Of a stretch of 32,000 nt of DNA, positions 25,224 through 32,000 are shown in pieces. How positions within the stretch are numbered: the first letter of the stretch is position 1; each line of letters starts with the position of its first letter. This stretch comes from an uncultured Muribaculaceae bacterium (GTDB lineage: Bacteria > Pseudomonadota > Alphaproteobacteria > Rs-D84), in assembly GCA_965231035.1 (NCBI GenBank), contig OZ246409.1:684532-716531 (forward strand), in the 5' to 3' direction. The position numbers and the translations under genes were made by a program. Under the pieces are notes generated by a model. It ran no database searches and was not told the DNA's origin. It worked only from the letters and a program-made list of their open reading frames with translations.

Positions 25224-26327
25224 TTAGAAAGCTACGTTAGCACGCAGGCCAGTTTCGTATTTGACGTCTGTACCGCCCTGAGATCCTTTTTCGGAATCAT
25301 CAAACGTATATTCGCCATACAATGAAACTTGGACTGTGTTAGTCAGTTTATGTGACAGTGCGGCCGACAAAACGTATTCGTCGATACCATCGTTCGAGCT
25401 TCCGACAAAAGCCTTTGCAATATCTTTTGTTATTGCATCAGCAGTTGCTTGATCCAATACACCATTTGCCTTGGCTGTCATATTTACGCCTTCAATATTG
25501 TTTGTTGCACGGTGTCTGAAACTGAATCCGGTACCCAATGACCAGTCGTCATTAAACTGATAGAATCCATTGATACCGGCCAAGTAATCAAGAGTGCTTT
25601 TTAAATCAACATTGAAATCGTTTGGCAAACCATTTGCGTATGCGGTTCCAAGTGCAGAAGCTGTCGCTGGAGCAACACCTTCGTGTATTAATCCTAATGT
25701 TGCCATTTGGCCAACAAGCGTTTTTGCATTATCCGATATAGTAATCACGTTATTGTGGTTTCCATATGTATGTTGAATTTCAGCAAATACGGATCCTGTG
25801 AACTTGTCCCATGTTTTACCAACACGTGTTCCGGCAAAGAAGCCCCAACGTCCATTGGTATAGTTAGCATAGTTAAAACCAAAACTGGTGTTATTAGCTA
25901 CTGGAACCAGAGTTGCTTCCATAGCTGTTGCACCACCCAAATGCAGATCACCATAAATGTCCCAAACAAATGGCATTTCTGTGCCGTCAAATACACGATA
26001 TAACAAGCCAAAGCGACCGTTATGTAATCCAACACGTTGGATATCTTCGTCATTTGTATAGCCCAATTTTGCAGTTACAGACAAACGATCTGTGATACCA
26101 TAACCAGCGTCTTCAGACAAACGCCATATTGGAAAATGCTTTTTACCAGCATCATCTTTTGCTTCCAAAGTTGCTGAATGATCTGTTTGTTTATACATAA
26201 TCCCAACACCTGTTTTTGCATAAACTTCACCAGCTTTTGGAATATAAAGCGGGTTTTCCAAGTTTGCAGCCATTGCAGGTGCACTTAGCACTGATGCGGC
26301 GACTGCCAGTTTAAGTGTTTTCTTCAT
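25224..26327 (-). CDS. Outer-membrane beta-barrel / porin-like protein (hypothetical)
   Basis: Start taken at MKKTLKLAVAASVLSAPAMA-AN (ATG 26327, AAGGAG RBS 7 nt upstream). Alternating strand pattern and a C-terminal ...RANVAF. Confidence 0.7.
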   Translation of the reverse strand: MKKTLKLAVAASVLSAPAMAANLENPLYIPKAGEVYAKTGVGIMYKQTDHSATLEAKDDAGKKHFPIWRLSEDAGYGITDRLSVTAKLGYTNDEDIQRVGLHNGRFGLLYRVFDGTEMPFVWDIYGDLHLGGATAMEATLVPVANNTSFGFNYANYTNGRWGFFAGTRVGKTWDKFTGSVFAEIQHTYGNHNNVITISDNAKTLVGQMATLGLIHEGVAPATASALGTAYANGLPNDFNVDLKSTLDYLAGINGFYQFNDDWSLGTGFSFRHRATNNIEGVNMTAKANGVLDQATADAITKDIAKAFVGSSNDGIDEYVLSAALSHKLTNTVQVSLYGEYTFDDSEKGSQGGTDVKYETGLRANVAF

Positions 26328-26604
26328 CAGATAACTCCTTGTTTTTTGATGATTCCCAGCCCCCATTATTGGCAAGACCGGTAAGTTACACCCGTACCGC
26401 CCGTTATCGGCAACAGTACGATTTTTGATATAACCTTCGAATCGTGCTACATATAACTCTCAAAGTCAAAATATCTTTTATCTTGACACTTTGGGGCAAA
26501 TAATCTACGGAGCCAGATTTATTTTTGGCAGGCACTTGAAATATTCATTTTCTTTCCTATTTATTATTGAACTGGAGGACCAGTTCATAAAAAAGGAGTC
26601 CGCC

Positions 26605-27120
26605 ATGAATAATGAATTACTTGAAAAGAAAATGGGAATACTGTTTGCACAGCCCCAAGAAAAATCCAAAGAAAAACAATTATCACCAGAAGATAAGAAA
26701 GCTATTGAAAAAGGCCTTGGGGACTTATTCTTTGGACTGGCTTGGACAAATTGGTTGAATGGTGCGACCCTGGGTATTGCTTGGCAAAAGGCATTAGAGC
26801 AGGTTGATAGTTTTGTTGCTGGTAAAAACCAAAATAATCCGGCGACCAAATATTTGCGTGAAGTTGCGGCTGCTAATAAAGCCAGGATGTCCAGAATAAT
26901 AATGACAAGTTCTTATTCAAATGAAAAAATGAACTGTCCACCTGAAAAATTTAAAGAATGGTCAGAACTTGGTACAAAATGGACAAATGACGGTTTAAAG
27001 CAGTTAAACGATAAATTTAAACAGTTTGAACCAGAAAAGCCACAAGTTCAACAATTCCAACAGTCAAAACAAAATCTTATTCTTATGTGGCTGTCTCAAA
27101 ATGGTCGTGCTGTGGCGTAA
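26605..27120 (+). CDS. Hypothetical protein (171 aa)
   Basis: ATG at 26605 follows an AAAGGAG RBS. The upstream part of the track ORF (from 26491) lacks an RBS. No family recognised. Confidence 0.5.
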   Translation: MNNELLEKKMGILFAQPQEKSKEKQLSPEDKKAIEKGLGDLFFGLAWTNWLNGATLGIAWQKALEQVDSFVAGKNQNNPATKYLREVAAANKARMSRIIMTSSYSNEKMNCPPEKFKEWSELGTKWTNDGLKQLNDKFKQFEPEKPQVQQFQQSKQNLILMWLSQNGRAVA

Positions 27121-27121
27121 T

Positions 27122-27146
27122 AAAAAACTCCCAAACGGGAGTTTTT
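27122..27146. terminator. Bidirectional terminator (hypothetical gene / glyQS)
   Basis: AAAAA-ACTCCC-AAAC-GGGAGT-TTTT (stem 27127-27132 / 27137-27142). Confidence 0.85.
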
Positions 27147-28506
27147 ATTTAGCTAGAATTTTCAAAAGGTGCTCTTTGACCTTGTCTATGGAAATTCTTT
27201 CTTGTTTCATGCTGTCGCGATGACGCAAGGTTACTGTTTTATCTTCTATTGTTTGATGATCAACAGTTATACAAACAGGTGTTCCGATTTCATCATGGCG
27301 ACGATAGTTCTTACCAATATTTCCACTGTTCTCCATTTCAATTCGTCCAATGCCCAGTTTGCGTAAATCTGCGACAATTTCTTCTGATATTTTCAGTAAT
27401 TCTGGAACATTACGTGCCAATGGGATAACGGCTGCCTTGACCGGTGCCAGCGATGGTTTTATTTTCAAAACGGTTCTGGTTTTGCCTTCGCCCAGATCTT
27501 CTTCGGTGTACGCATCCAACATAACAACAAACATCGCACGGTTCACACCCATAGCAGTTTCAACAACGTATGGAATAAAGCTTTCGCCTGTCTGTGGATC
27601 GGAATAAGATAACTTAGTTATGCTGTCTTTATTTTCCAATGTCTTGGCATTAATTTTGAATTCGTTTTGTGATTTTGTGTGCGACCCCAGGTCAAAATCC
27701 TGGCGATTATGGATACCTTCGACTTCGTCAAATCCATCTGGGAATTCATATTCAATATCAAATGCAGCCTTGGCATAATGGGCCAATTTGTCGTGTGGTG
27801 TGAAACGCAACTTTTTCGCAGGTATTCCCAATTCATTTACCCACCAAGACATACGTGCTTTTTTCCACTGTTCAAAATATTTTTCATCTTCGCCCGGTTT
27901 TACAAAGTATTGCAATTCAGCCTGTTCAAATTCACGCATACGGAAAACGAAACCGCGTGGTGAAATTTCGTTTCGAAAAGCCTTACCAATTTGGACAATT
28001 CCAAAAGGCAATTTGTGTGGAGTCGAATCCAAAACATTTTTAAAATTTGTATAAGTTGTTGTTGCAGTTTCCGGACGCAAATATGCATTCACTTCGCCTT
28101 CGGCTGTTGCACCGATACTTAAACCCATCATTAATTGATATGCACGTGGTGCAGTCAAATCAGAGCTGCCACAGGAGTCACACTTTTTCGGATCTTTCAT
28201 TTTATCCAAACGCATGCGCAGACCGCATTTTTTGCATTCAACCAATTGGTCAGAAAATCCACCTTCGTGTCCAGAATATTTCCACAGCAAGCGGTTTGTA
28301 ATTTGTGACGCATCCAGACCTTCGATATCATCGCGTTGGTAAACCATGGTATTCCACCAGGCATTACGAATGTTTTTCATCAGTTCAACACCGTACGGAC
28401 CGTAATCGTAAGTTCCACCCAATCCACCATAAATTTCAGATCCGGTGAAAATAAATCCACGGCGTTTGCAAAGTGCAACTATATCATTAACTGTTTTTAC
28501 TGGCAT
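27145..28506 (-). CDS. glyQS: Glycine--tRNA ligase, homodimeric (alpha2) type
   Basis: 453 aa. The N-terminus IVALCKRRGFIFTGSEIYGGLGGTYDYGPYGVELMKNIRNAWW is the hallmark of alpha2-type GlyRS. Class II motifs and a C-terminal anticodon-binding domain are present. Confidence 0.9.
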   Translation of the reverse strand: MPVKTVNDIVALCKRRGFIFTGSEIYGGLGGTYDYGPYGVELMKNIRNAWWNTMVYQRDDIEGLDASQITNRLLWKYSGHEGGFSDQLVECKKCGLRMRLDKMKDPKKCDSCGSSDLTAPRAYQLMMGLSIGATAEGEVNAYLRPETATTTYTNFKNVLDSTPHKLPFGIVQIGKAFRNEISPRGFVFRMREFEQAELQYFVKPGEDEKYFEQWKKARMSWWVNELGIPAKKLRFTPHDKLAHYAKAAFDIEYEFPDGFDEVEGIHNRQDFDLGSHTKSQNEFKINAKTLENKDSITKLSYSDPQTGESFIPYVVETAMGVNRAMFVVMLDAYTEEDLGEGKTRTVLKIKPSLAPVKAAVIPLARNVPELLKISEEIVADLRKLGIGRIEMENSGNIGKNYRRHDEIGTPVCITVDHQTIEDKTVTLRHRDSMKQERISIDKVKEHLLKILAK

Positions 28507-28575
28507 TTTTTTACCTTATGTATTCAAACCATTATATTACACACGAACTTTTTATTTTGCAATAGTTTTAAGTTT

Positions 28576-28602
28576 AAAAAGGGGGCTGTAAGCCCCCTTT
28601 TT
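28576..28602 (-). terminator. Rho-independent terminator after the ferredoxin gene
   Basis: AAAAA-GGGGGCT-GTA-AGCCCCC-TTTTT (stem 28581-28587 / 28591-28597). Confidence 0.85.
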
Positions 28603-28621
28603 AATATGAATGTTACAACAA

Positions 28622-28807
28622 TTACTTTTTAGGCATGTCAAAAGAAATTGCGCCAACTGGGCATTGACCAACACAAGAACCACAAGACATACACTTAGCA
28701 GGGTCAATTTTAAATACTTTGCCATCTTTGCTGATTGCAGCCGCCGGACATACCTGACTGCAAGATCCGCAACCAATACATTTTGTTGAATCTATTTTAT
28801 ATGCCAT
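28622..28807 (-). CDS. 2x[4Fe-4S] ferredoxin
   Basis: 61 aa with two CxxCxxCxxxCP motifs (CIGCGSCSQVCP, CMSCGSCVGQCP). Confidence 0.9.
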   Translation of the reverse strand: MAYKIDSTKCIGCGSCSQVCPAAAISKDGKVFKIDPAKCMSCGSCVGQCPVGAISFDMPKK

Positions 28808-28822
28808 CTTTAAACTCCTTAT

Positions 28823-29560
28823 TTATCTACGTTCTAAATTTAGCAGGCTCAGAATATACTGGAACATGGTTATGAATGCAACATATAAATGTAATGCACC
28901 CAAAACTGCTAATTGATTCTTTTGTGTATCATCACCCATTTGTGAATATGCGCGTTTCAAGAACTGCATGTCGTACGCGGTGAATAACGCAAAAATCAAA
29001 ACACCAACCAAGCTGACTATTGTTGCAAAGCCACTACCCAATGGCCAGAATATTGAAATTACCCCGACCAGGATTAAACCAATCATTCCCAGTTGCAAGA
29101 ATATGCCCAAGAATGACAAGTCCTTTACAGTTTTGTATCCAAACAAAGCCATAACACCAAACATTAATGCAGAAATTACAAATGCTTGTAAAATCGAAGC
29201 AGGGTTAATCGCCAATGCTCCCCATACCAATGGTGTAATTCCAAAGCCAATCAAAGCCGCATAAACTGCCAATAAAATTGCCGCTGTGCTGGGTTTAATA
29301 CGAAAAGCACGTGCCTGGGCCCAGATTGATAATCCAAACGCACCAAAGATTACAATGTAATAAAGTGCGGACATACCACCTTGGTTCACCAAAAGTCTGA
29401 TACCACCACCATAAATTGTAAACCATGTTACAACCGCTGTGATTCCAACTGCACCGAACATCAAAGTAAAGATGCGTTTCAGGTATAAATCAATTCCACT
29501 GGTTGTGTTTTTCATTTCGTTTGTCGTCCCAGTCTTAACGGGGGATTTTTTTGCTATCAT
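28823..29560 (-). CDS. Bax inhibitor-1 / YccA family membrane protein
   Basis: 245 aa, seven hydrophobic segments, and the C-terminal consensus-like LGALHLYVAFITMFQYILSLL. Confidence 0.8.
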   Translation of the reverse strand: MIAKKSPVKTGTTNEMKNTTSGIDLYLKRIFTLMFGAVGITAVVTWFTIYGGGIRLLVNQGGMSALYYIVIFGAFGLSIWAQARAFRIKPSTAAILLAVYAALIGFGITPLVWGALAINPASILQAFVISALMFGVMALFGYKTVKDLSFLGIFLQLGMIGLILVGVISIFWPLGSGFATIVSLVGVLIFALFTAYDMQFLKRAYSQMGDDTQKNQLAVLGALHLYVAFITMFQYILSLLNLERR

Positions 29561-29637
29561 AATTTTCTCCTTGTTATTCGCAGTGCATAATATAGTATAA
29601 TATGAACGTTATTTCAAGATTAAAAGGTTTTAAAAAT

Positions 29638-29931
29638 ATGTCAAATACAGATAAATTTTCAAAGCGTGGACCAGGAACAAAGCGCAATGGATTTTTCCAA
29701 AATTATAAAGATACTCTGGCAGGTATGGCAAATAAAAATGAAATAATAGCAGGTTACGAAGCGCGAATAAGACAACTGAAAGTAGAATTAGCAAACGAGG
29801 CCGCAAAAAATGGCGAAGAAACAAAGCGTGCTTGGAAGTTAATGGAAATGATTAACAATTTAAAACAATCTGTCAAACTTGAAACAGACAAGTTGAAAGA
29901 ATTAAATGGTAATCGTGGAAAAAAAGGCTAA
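29638..29931 (+). CDS. Small coiled-coil hypothetical protein
   Basis: The ORF ends 3 nt before lgt. ATG 29638 is preferred because TATAAT at 29595-29600 looks like a -10 box immediately upstream of the alternative ATG 29602. The start is uncertain. Confidence 0.45.
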   Translation: MSNTDKFSKRGPGTKRNGFFQNYKDTLAGMANKNEIIAGYEARIRQLKVELANEAAKNGEETKRAWKLMEMINNLKQSVKLETDKLKELNGNRGKKG

Positions 29932-29934
29932 ACA

Positions 29935-30774
29935 ATGGCAATAACAATTAATCCAATTTCACCGGTTGCATTTTCTGTTTTTGGTTTGGATATACGTTGG
30001 TATGCGCTGGCCTATGTTGCAGCATTCGTTTTAGGTTTTTGGATTTTTCGTCGTATGATTTCTGATAAAAAAAGCGTAATAAGTTTAAGCCAAAAACAAT
30101 TTGATGATTTGTTTACTGCAATTGTTTTGGGTGTGGTAATCGGTGGTCGGCTGGGTTATGTACTTTTCTATAACTTGCATTTCTTTTTGAATTATCCGTT
30201 GGAAGTATTTGCAGTTTGGAAAGGCGGTATGAGTTTTCATGGTGGATTACTGGGCGTGTTAATTTCTGTGATTTTGTTCAGCAAAAAAATTGAAAAGCAA
30301 AAATCTGATAAAAAATTAACCTGGGGTAATTGGTTTAAATCTTCTTTTGAAATAATGGATTTGTTGGCAGTTGTCGCACCAATCGGATTGTTTTTTGGTC
30401 GCATTGCAAACTTTATAAATATGGAAGTAATGGGTCGTGTAACAGATAAACCCTGGGGAATTGTTTTTGCTGGTACTGATATGGCGCCGCGACACCCCAG
30501 TCCAATTTACGAAGCAGCAATGGAAGGTGTGTTGCTTTTTATAATAATGTTTTGCCTGTGGCGATTTACTAAATTGAATAAAAAAGCAGGCTTATTATCA
30601 GGAATTTTTGCGATGCTTTATGCAATTTTTAGAATATTTGCAGAACAGTTCAGGGCGCCTGATGTTCAGATTGGATTTCTGACCAGTTGGGGTTTGACCA
30701 TGGGACAATTACTGTCTGGTATAATGTTTTTGGCAGGTGCAGCAATATTTACAGTTGCGTTTCGAAAAAAATAA
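29935..30774 (+). CDS. lgt: Prolipoprotein diacylglyceryl transferase
   Basis: IRWYALAYVAAFVLGFW, GGRLGYVLFYN, GGMSFHGGLLG, GRIANFINMEVMGR and RHPSPIYEA are the conserved Lgt blocks. Confidence 0.9.
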   Translation: MAITINPISPVAFSVFGLDIRWYALAYVAAFVLGFWIFRRMISDKKSVISLSQKQFDDLFTAIVLGVVIGGRLGYVLFYNLHFFLNYPLEVFAVWKGGMSFHGGLLGVLISVILFSKKIEKQKSDKKLTWGNWFKSSFEIMDLLAVVAPIGLFFGRIANFINMEVMGRVTDKPWGIVFAGTDMAPRHPSPIYEAAMEGVLLFIIMFCLWRFTKLNKKAGLLSGIFAMLYAIFRIFAEQFRAPDVQIGFLTSWGLTMGQLLSGIMFLAGAAIFTVAFRKK

Positions 30775-30799
30775 TATAAAATAGGCGGGTCATCAAACC

Positions 30800-30836
30800 A
30801 GGACAGATGGCAGAGTGGTTGAATGCGACGGTCTTG
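30800..30836 (+). pseudogene. Orphan 5' half of tRNA-Ser(UGA): acceptor 5' strand, D arm, 5' anticodon stem and first 4 nt of anticodon loop
   Basis: 37/37 nt identical to 30972-31008 (AGGACAGATGGCAGAGTGGTTGAATGCGACGGTCTTG). Identity stops inside the anticodon loop. No matching T arm or 3' acceptor strand follows. Confidence 0.85.
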
Positions 30837-30971
30837 CATATGAGTTAAGTTTTGCAAGTGAAACGTGGCGAAACAAAGATTTGCGAAGTAAATCGTACGA
30901 ATGGTGAGCAGCACCGACAGGTGCGACCAGCGAACAAAACCGTAGGTTGAGAGACCAGCGGAACAAAGTTT
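30837..30971 (+). repeat. Internally repetitive 135-nt spacer between the tRNA-Ser half-copy and the intact gene
   Basis: Degenerate tandem unit TTTGCAAGTGAAACGTGGCGAAA / TTTGCGAAGTAAATCGTACGAAT (30851 and 30880). Hairpin GCACC-GACA-GGTGC (30911-30924). GACCAGCG(G)AACAAA at 30925 and 30953, plus GCGAAACAAAG at 30868. AAAACCGT (30936-30943) and GTTGAG (30946-30951) also occur in the true tRNA (31009-31020). Confidence 0.7.
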
Positions 30972-30972
30972 A

Positions 30973-31062
30973 GGACAGATGGCAGAGTGGTTGAATGCGA
31001 CGGTCTTGAAAACCGTTGAGGTCGCAAGGCCTTCGGGGGTTCGAATCCCTCTCTGTCCGCCA
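30973..31062 (+). tRNA. tRNA-Ser (anticodon UGA), long variable arm
   Basis: 90 nt. Acceptor GGACAGA/TCTGTCC, anticodon stem ACGGT/ACCGT with loop CTTGAAA, long variable arm, T arm GGGGG-TTCGAAT-CCCTC, discriminator G, encoded CCA. Confidence 0.9.
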
Positions 31063-31090
31063 GGATTAATAGAATTTTAATCTATACCGA

Positions 31091-31118
31091 AAAATCCCGC
31101 AGAACCGCGGGATTTTTT
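31091..31118 (+). terminator. Rho-independent terminator after tRNA-Ser
   Basis: ATCCCGC (31094-31100) / GCGGGAT (31107-31113) followed by TTTTTT. Confidence 0.85.
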
Positions 31119-31213
31119 AATGCATTGCCTGCGGTAAGCCTATTTTATGATACAATAACACCAATTATCATGCCAACCTATACAATGCCATTTTTAGCAT
31201 AGTCAAAGGATTA

Positions 31214-31240
31214 TAAAATCCGCCCCAAAAGGCGGATTTA
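31214..31240 (-). terminator. Rho-independent terminator after the 31247..31687 gene
   Basis: ATCCGCC (31218-31224) / GGCGGAT (31231-31237). On the minus strand it is followed by TTTTATAA. Confidence 0.65.
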
Positions 31241-31246
31241 TAAGAT

Positions 31247-31687
31247 TTAATCAACTTTTTCGGTTGGGACCAAATCCCAAATTTCCCCATCGCAACTTGG
31301 TAAATGGTTGGGTTTATCTATTGGAAATTTTTGCCCACAATGTAAGCATTCAACTTCGCCATGATATCCCTCAAATCCATCATCGTTTTTATCGATTATA
31401 TCTTCTTCAGATTTTTCTTCTTCGAAAGCAATTCTTTCTTGTTCTAAAACATTTCTTGTGTAGGTAAGTTTTTCTTCTGAATCATTCAATAAATCAGTCC
31501 ACTTATCACGCCCTAAAGCCAATGCTAGAAGATGTTGTGCTTTCATAAGTGTTGGTTGTTCATCAATTTTGACATCGTATAAACGAAACAATTCGCGTAT
31601 ATCGAATACAAAATATTTTTGCTCACGATTTTTCCAATCTTTGAGAAGTTTCTTTGCTTGTAGTTTAAAGTATTCAATGTTATTCAT
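31247..31687 (-). CDS. Hypothetical protein with C-terminal zinc-ribbon-like motif
   Basis: 146-aa ORF. Helical N-terminal part, acidic linker, then CLHCGQKF...HLPSCDG (a CxxC...HxxxC arrangement). AT-rich. No family recognised. Confidence 0.55.
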   Translation of the reverse strand: MNNIEYFKLQAKKLLKDWKNREQKYFVFDIRELFRLYDVKIDEQPTLMKAQHLLALALGRDKWTDLLNDSEEKLTYTRNVLEQERIAFEEEKSEEDIIDKNDDGFEGYHGEVECLHCGQKFPIDKPNHLPSCDGEIWDLVPTEKVD

Positions 31688-32000
31688 AACATATTCCTTT
31701 AGTTTTGTCCGAGTTTATTATCTAGAAATTGTGCATCCGTAATCTTTGTTTTAGATAATAATCCCAGTAAAGGTTTATGTTATCTTTGTTGGCTGATATA
31801 ATCTTTACACGGATGAGTAAGCTCGCCAACTAGCATAATTCCATTTTAATATGTAATATATTTAAAATCAAGTTTTATAGAATAAATTTTCTTGCTTTCC
31901 AAAATCCGGATAGGCGTCTGCAATGTGGAATAATTTCTGCAGGTTTAATCCATCTGGAATCATACTATCCATAATTGAATTTATTATTCGTGGGGACAGG

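Noticed and set aside
30836-31008. Possibility that the tRNA-Ser half-copy plus spacer is a tRNA gene interrupted by a group I intron in the anticodon loop, as in some alphaproteobacterial and cyanobacterial tRNAs.
   Set aside because: The downstream copy is a complete, uninterrupted tRNA by itself. The would-be intron (about 172 nt) is shorter than known group I introns and I see no P3-P7-like core. It would also have to contain a second copy of the 5' exon.
31988-32000. GGGGACAGG at the window edge as a possible third copy of the tRNA-Ser 5' end (GGACAGATGG).
   Set aside because: Only 6 nt (GGACAG) match, the next base differs, and the window ends there. Evidence is insufficient.
1-32000. 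Scan for CRISPR arrays, IS elements or terminal inverted repeats, integrase, transposase or RT genes, and known defence operons.
   Set aside because: None was seen. There are no regularly spaced 24-48-nt repeats, and no ORF has recognisable DDE, tyrosine- or serine-recombinase, RT, nuclease-helicase or toxin motifs. The remaining 60-140-aa track ORFs are antisense or alternative-frame shadows of the called genes.

Overview
This is a 32-kb chromosomal segment from an AT-rich diderm bacterium. Local synteny and gene content (fabH-ihfA, olsB-olsA, an Omp25/31-like beta-barrel, lgt, cvpA, mraZ) suggest a low-GC alphaproteobacterium-like lineage; this is inference, not a database result. I call 34 CDS, mostly housekeeping: lipid synthesis, two aminoacyl-tRNA synthetases, LDH, SOD, envelope enzymes and several outer-membrane or secreted proteins. 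There are also 3 tRNA genes (Arg-CCU, Thr-UGU, Ser-UGA) and a set of clear, often bidirectional, rho-independent terminators. I found no CRISPR array, transposase, integrase, reverse transcriptase, toxin-antitoxin pair or recognisable defence operon, so I cannot point to a complete novel multi-gene system. The oddest item is a perfect 37-nt copy of the 5' half of tRNA-Ser(UGA) lying 135 nt upstream of the intact gene; the spacer is internally repetitive and carries tRNA-derived fragments. All three tRNA genes are abutted on their 3' side by visibly more AT-rich ORFan or accessory genes, one set being an APH-like kinase plus an EamA transporter. Other notable items are an orphan mraZ detached from the dcw cluster, a secreted S/T-rich protein with six C-x6/7-C motifs, a ribbon-helix-helix protein with an RGG/PSFGG repeat tail, and ProRS and GlyRS of architectures not typical for Proteobacteria. 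All functional calls rest on motifs read by eye from the translations. No similarity search was run.
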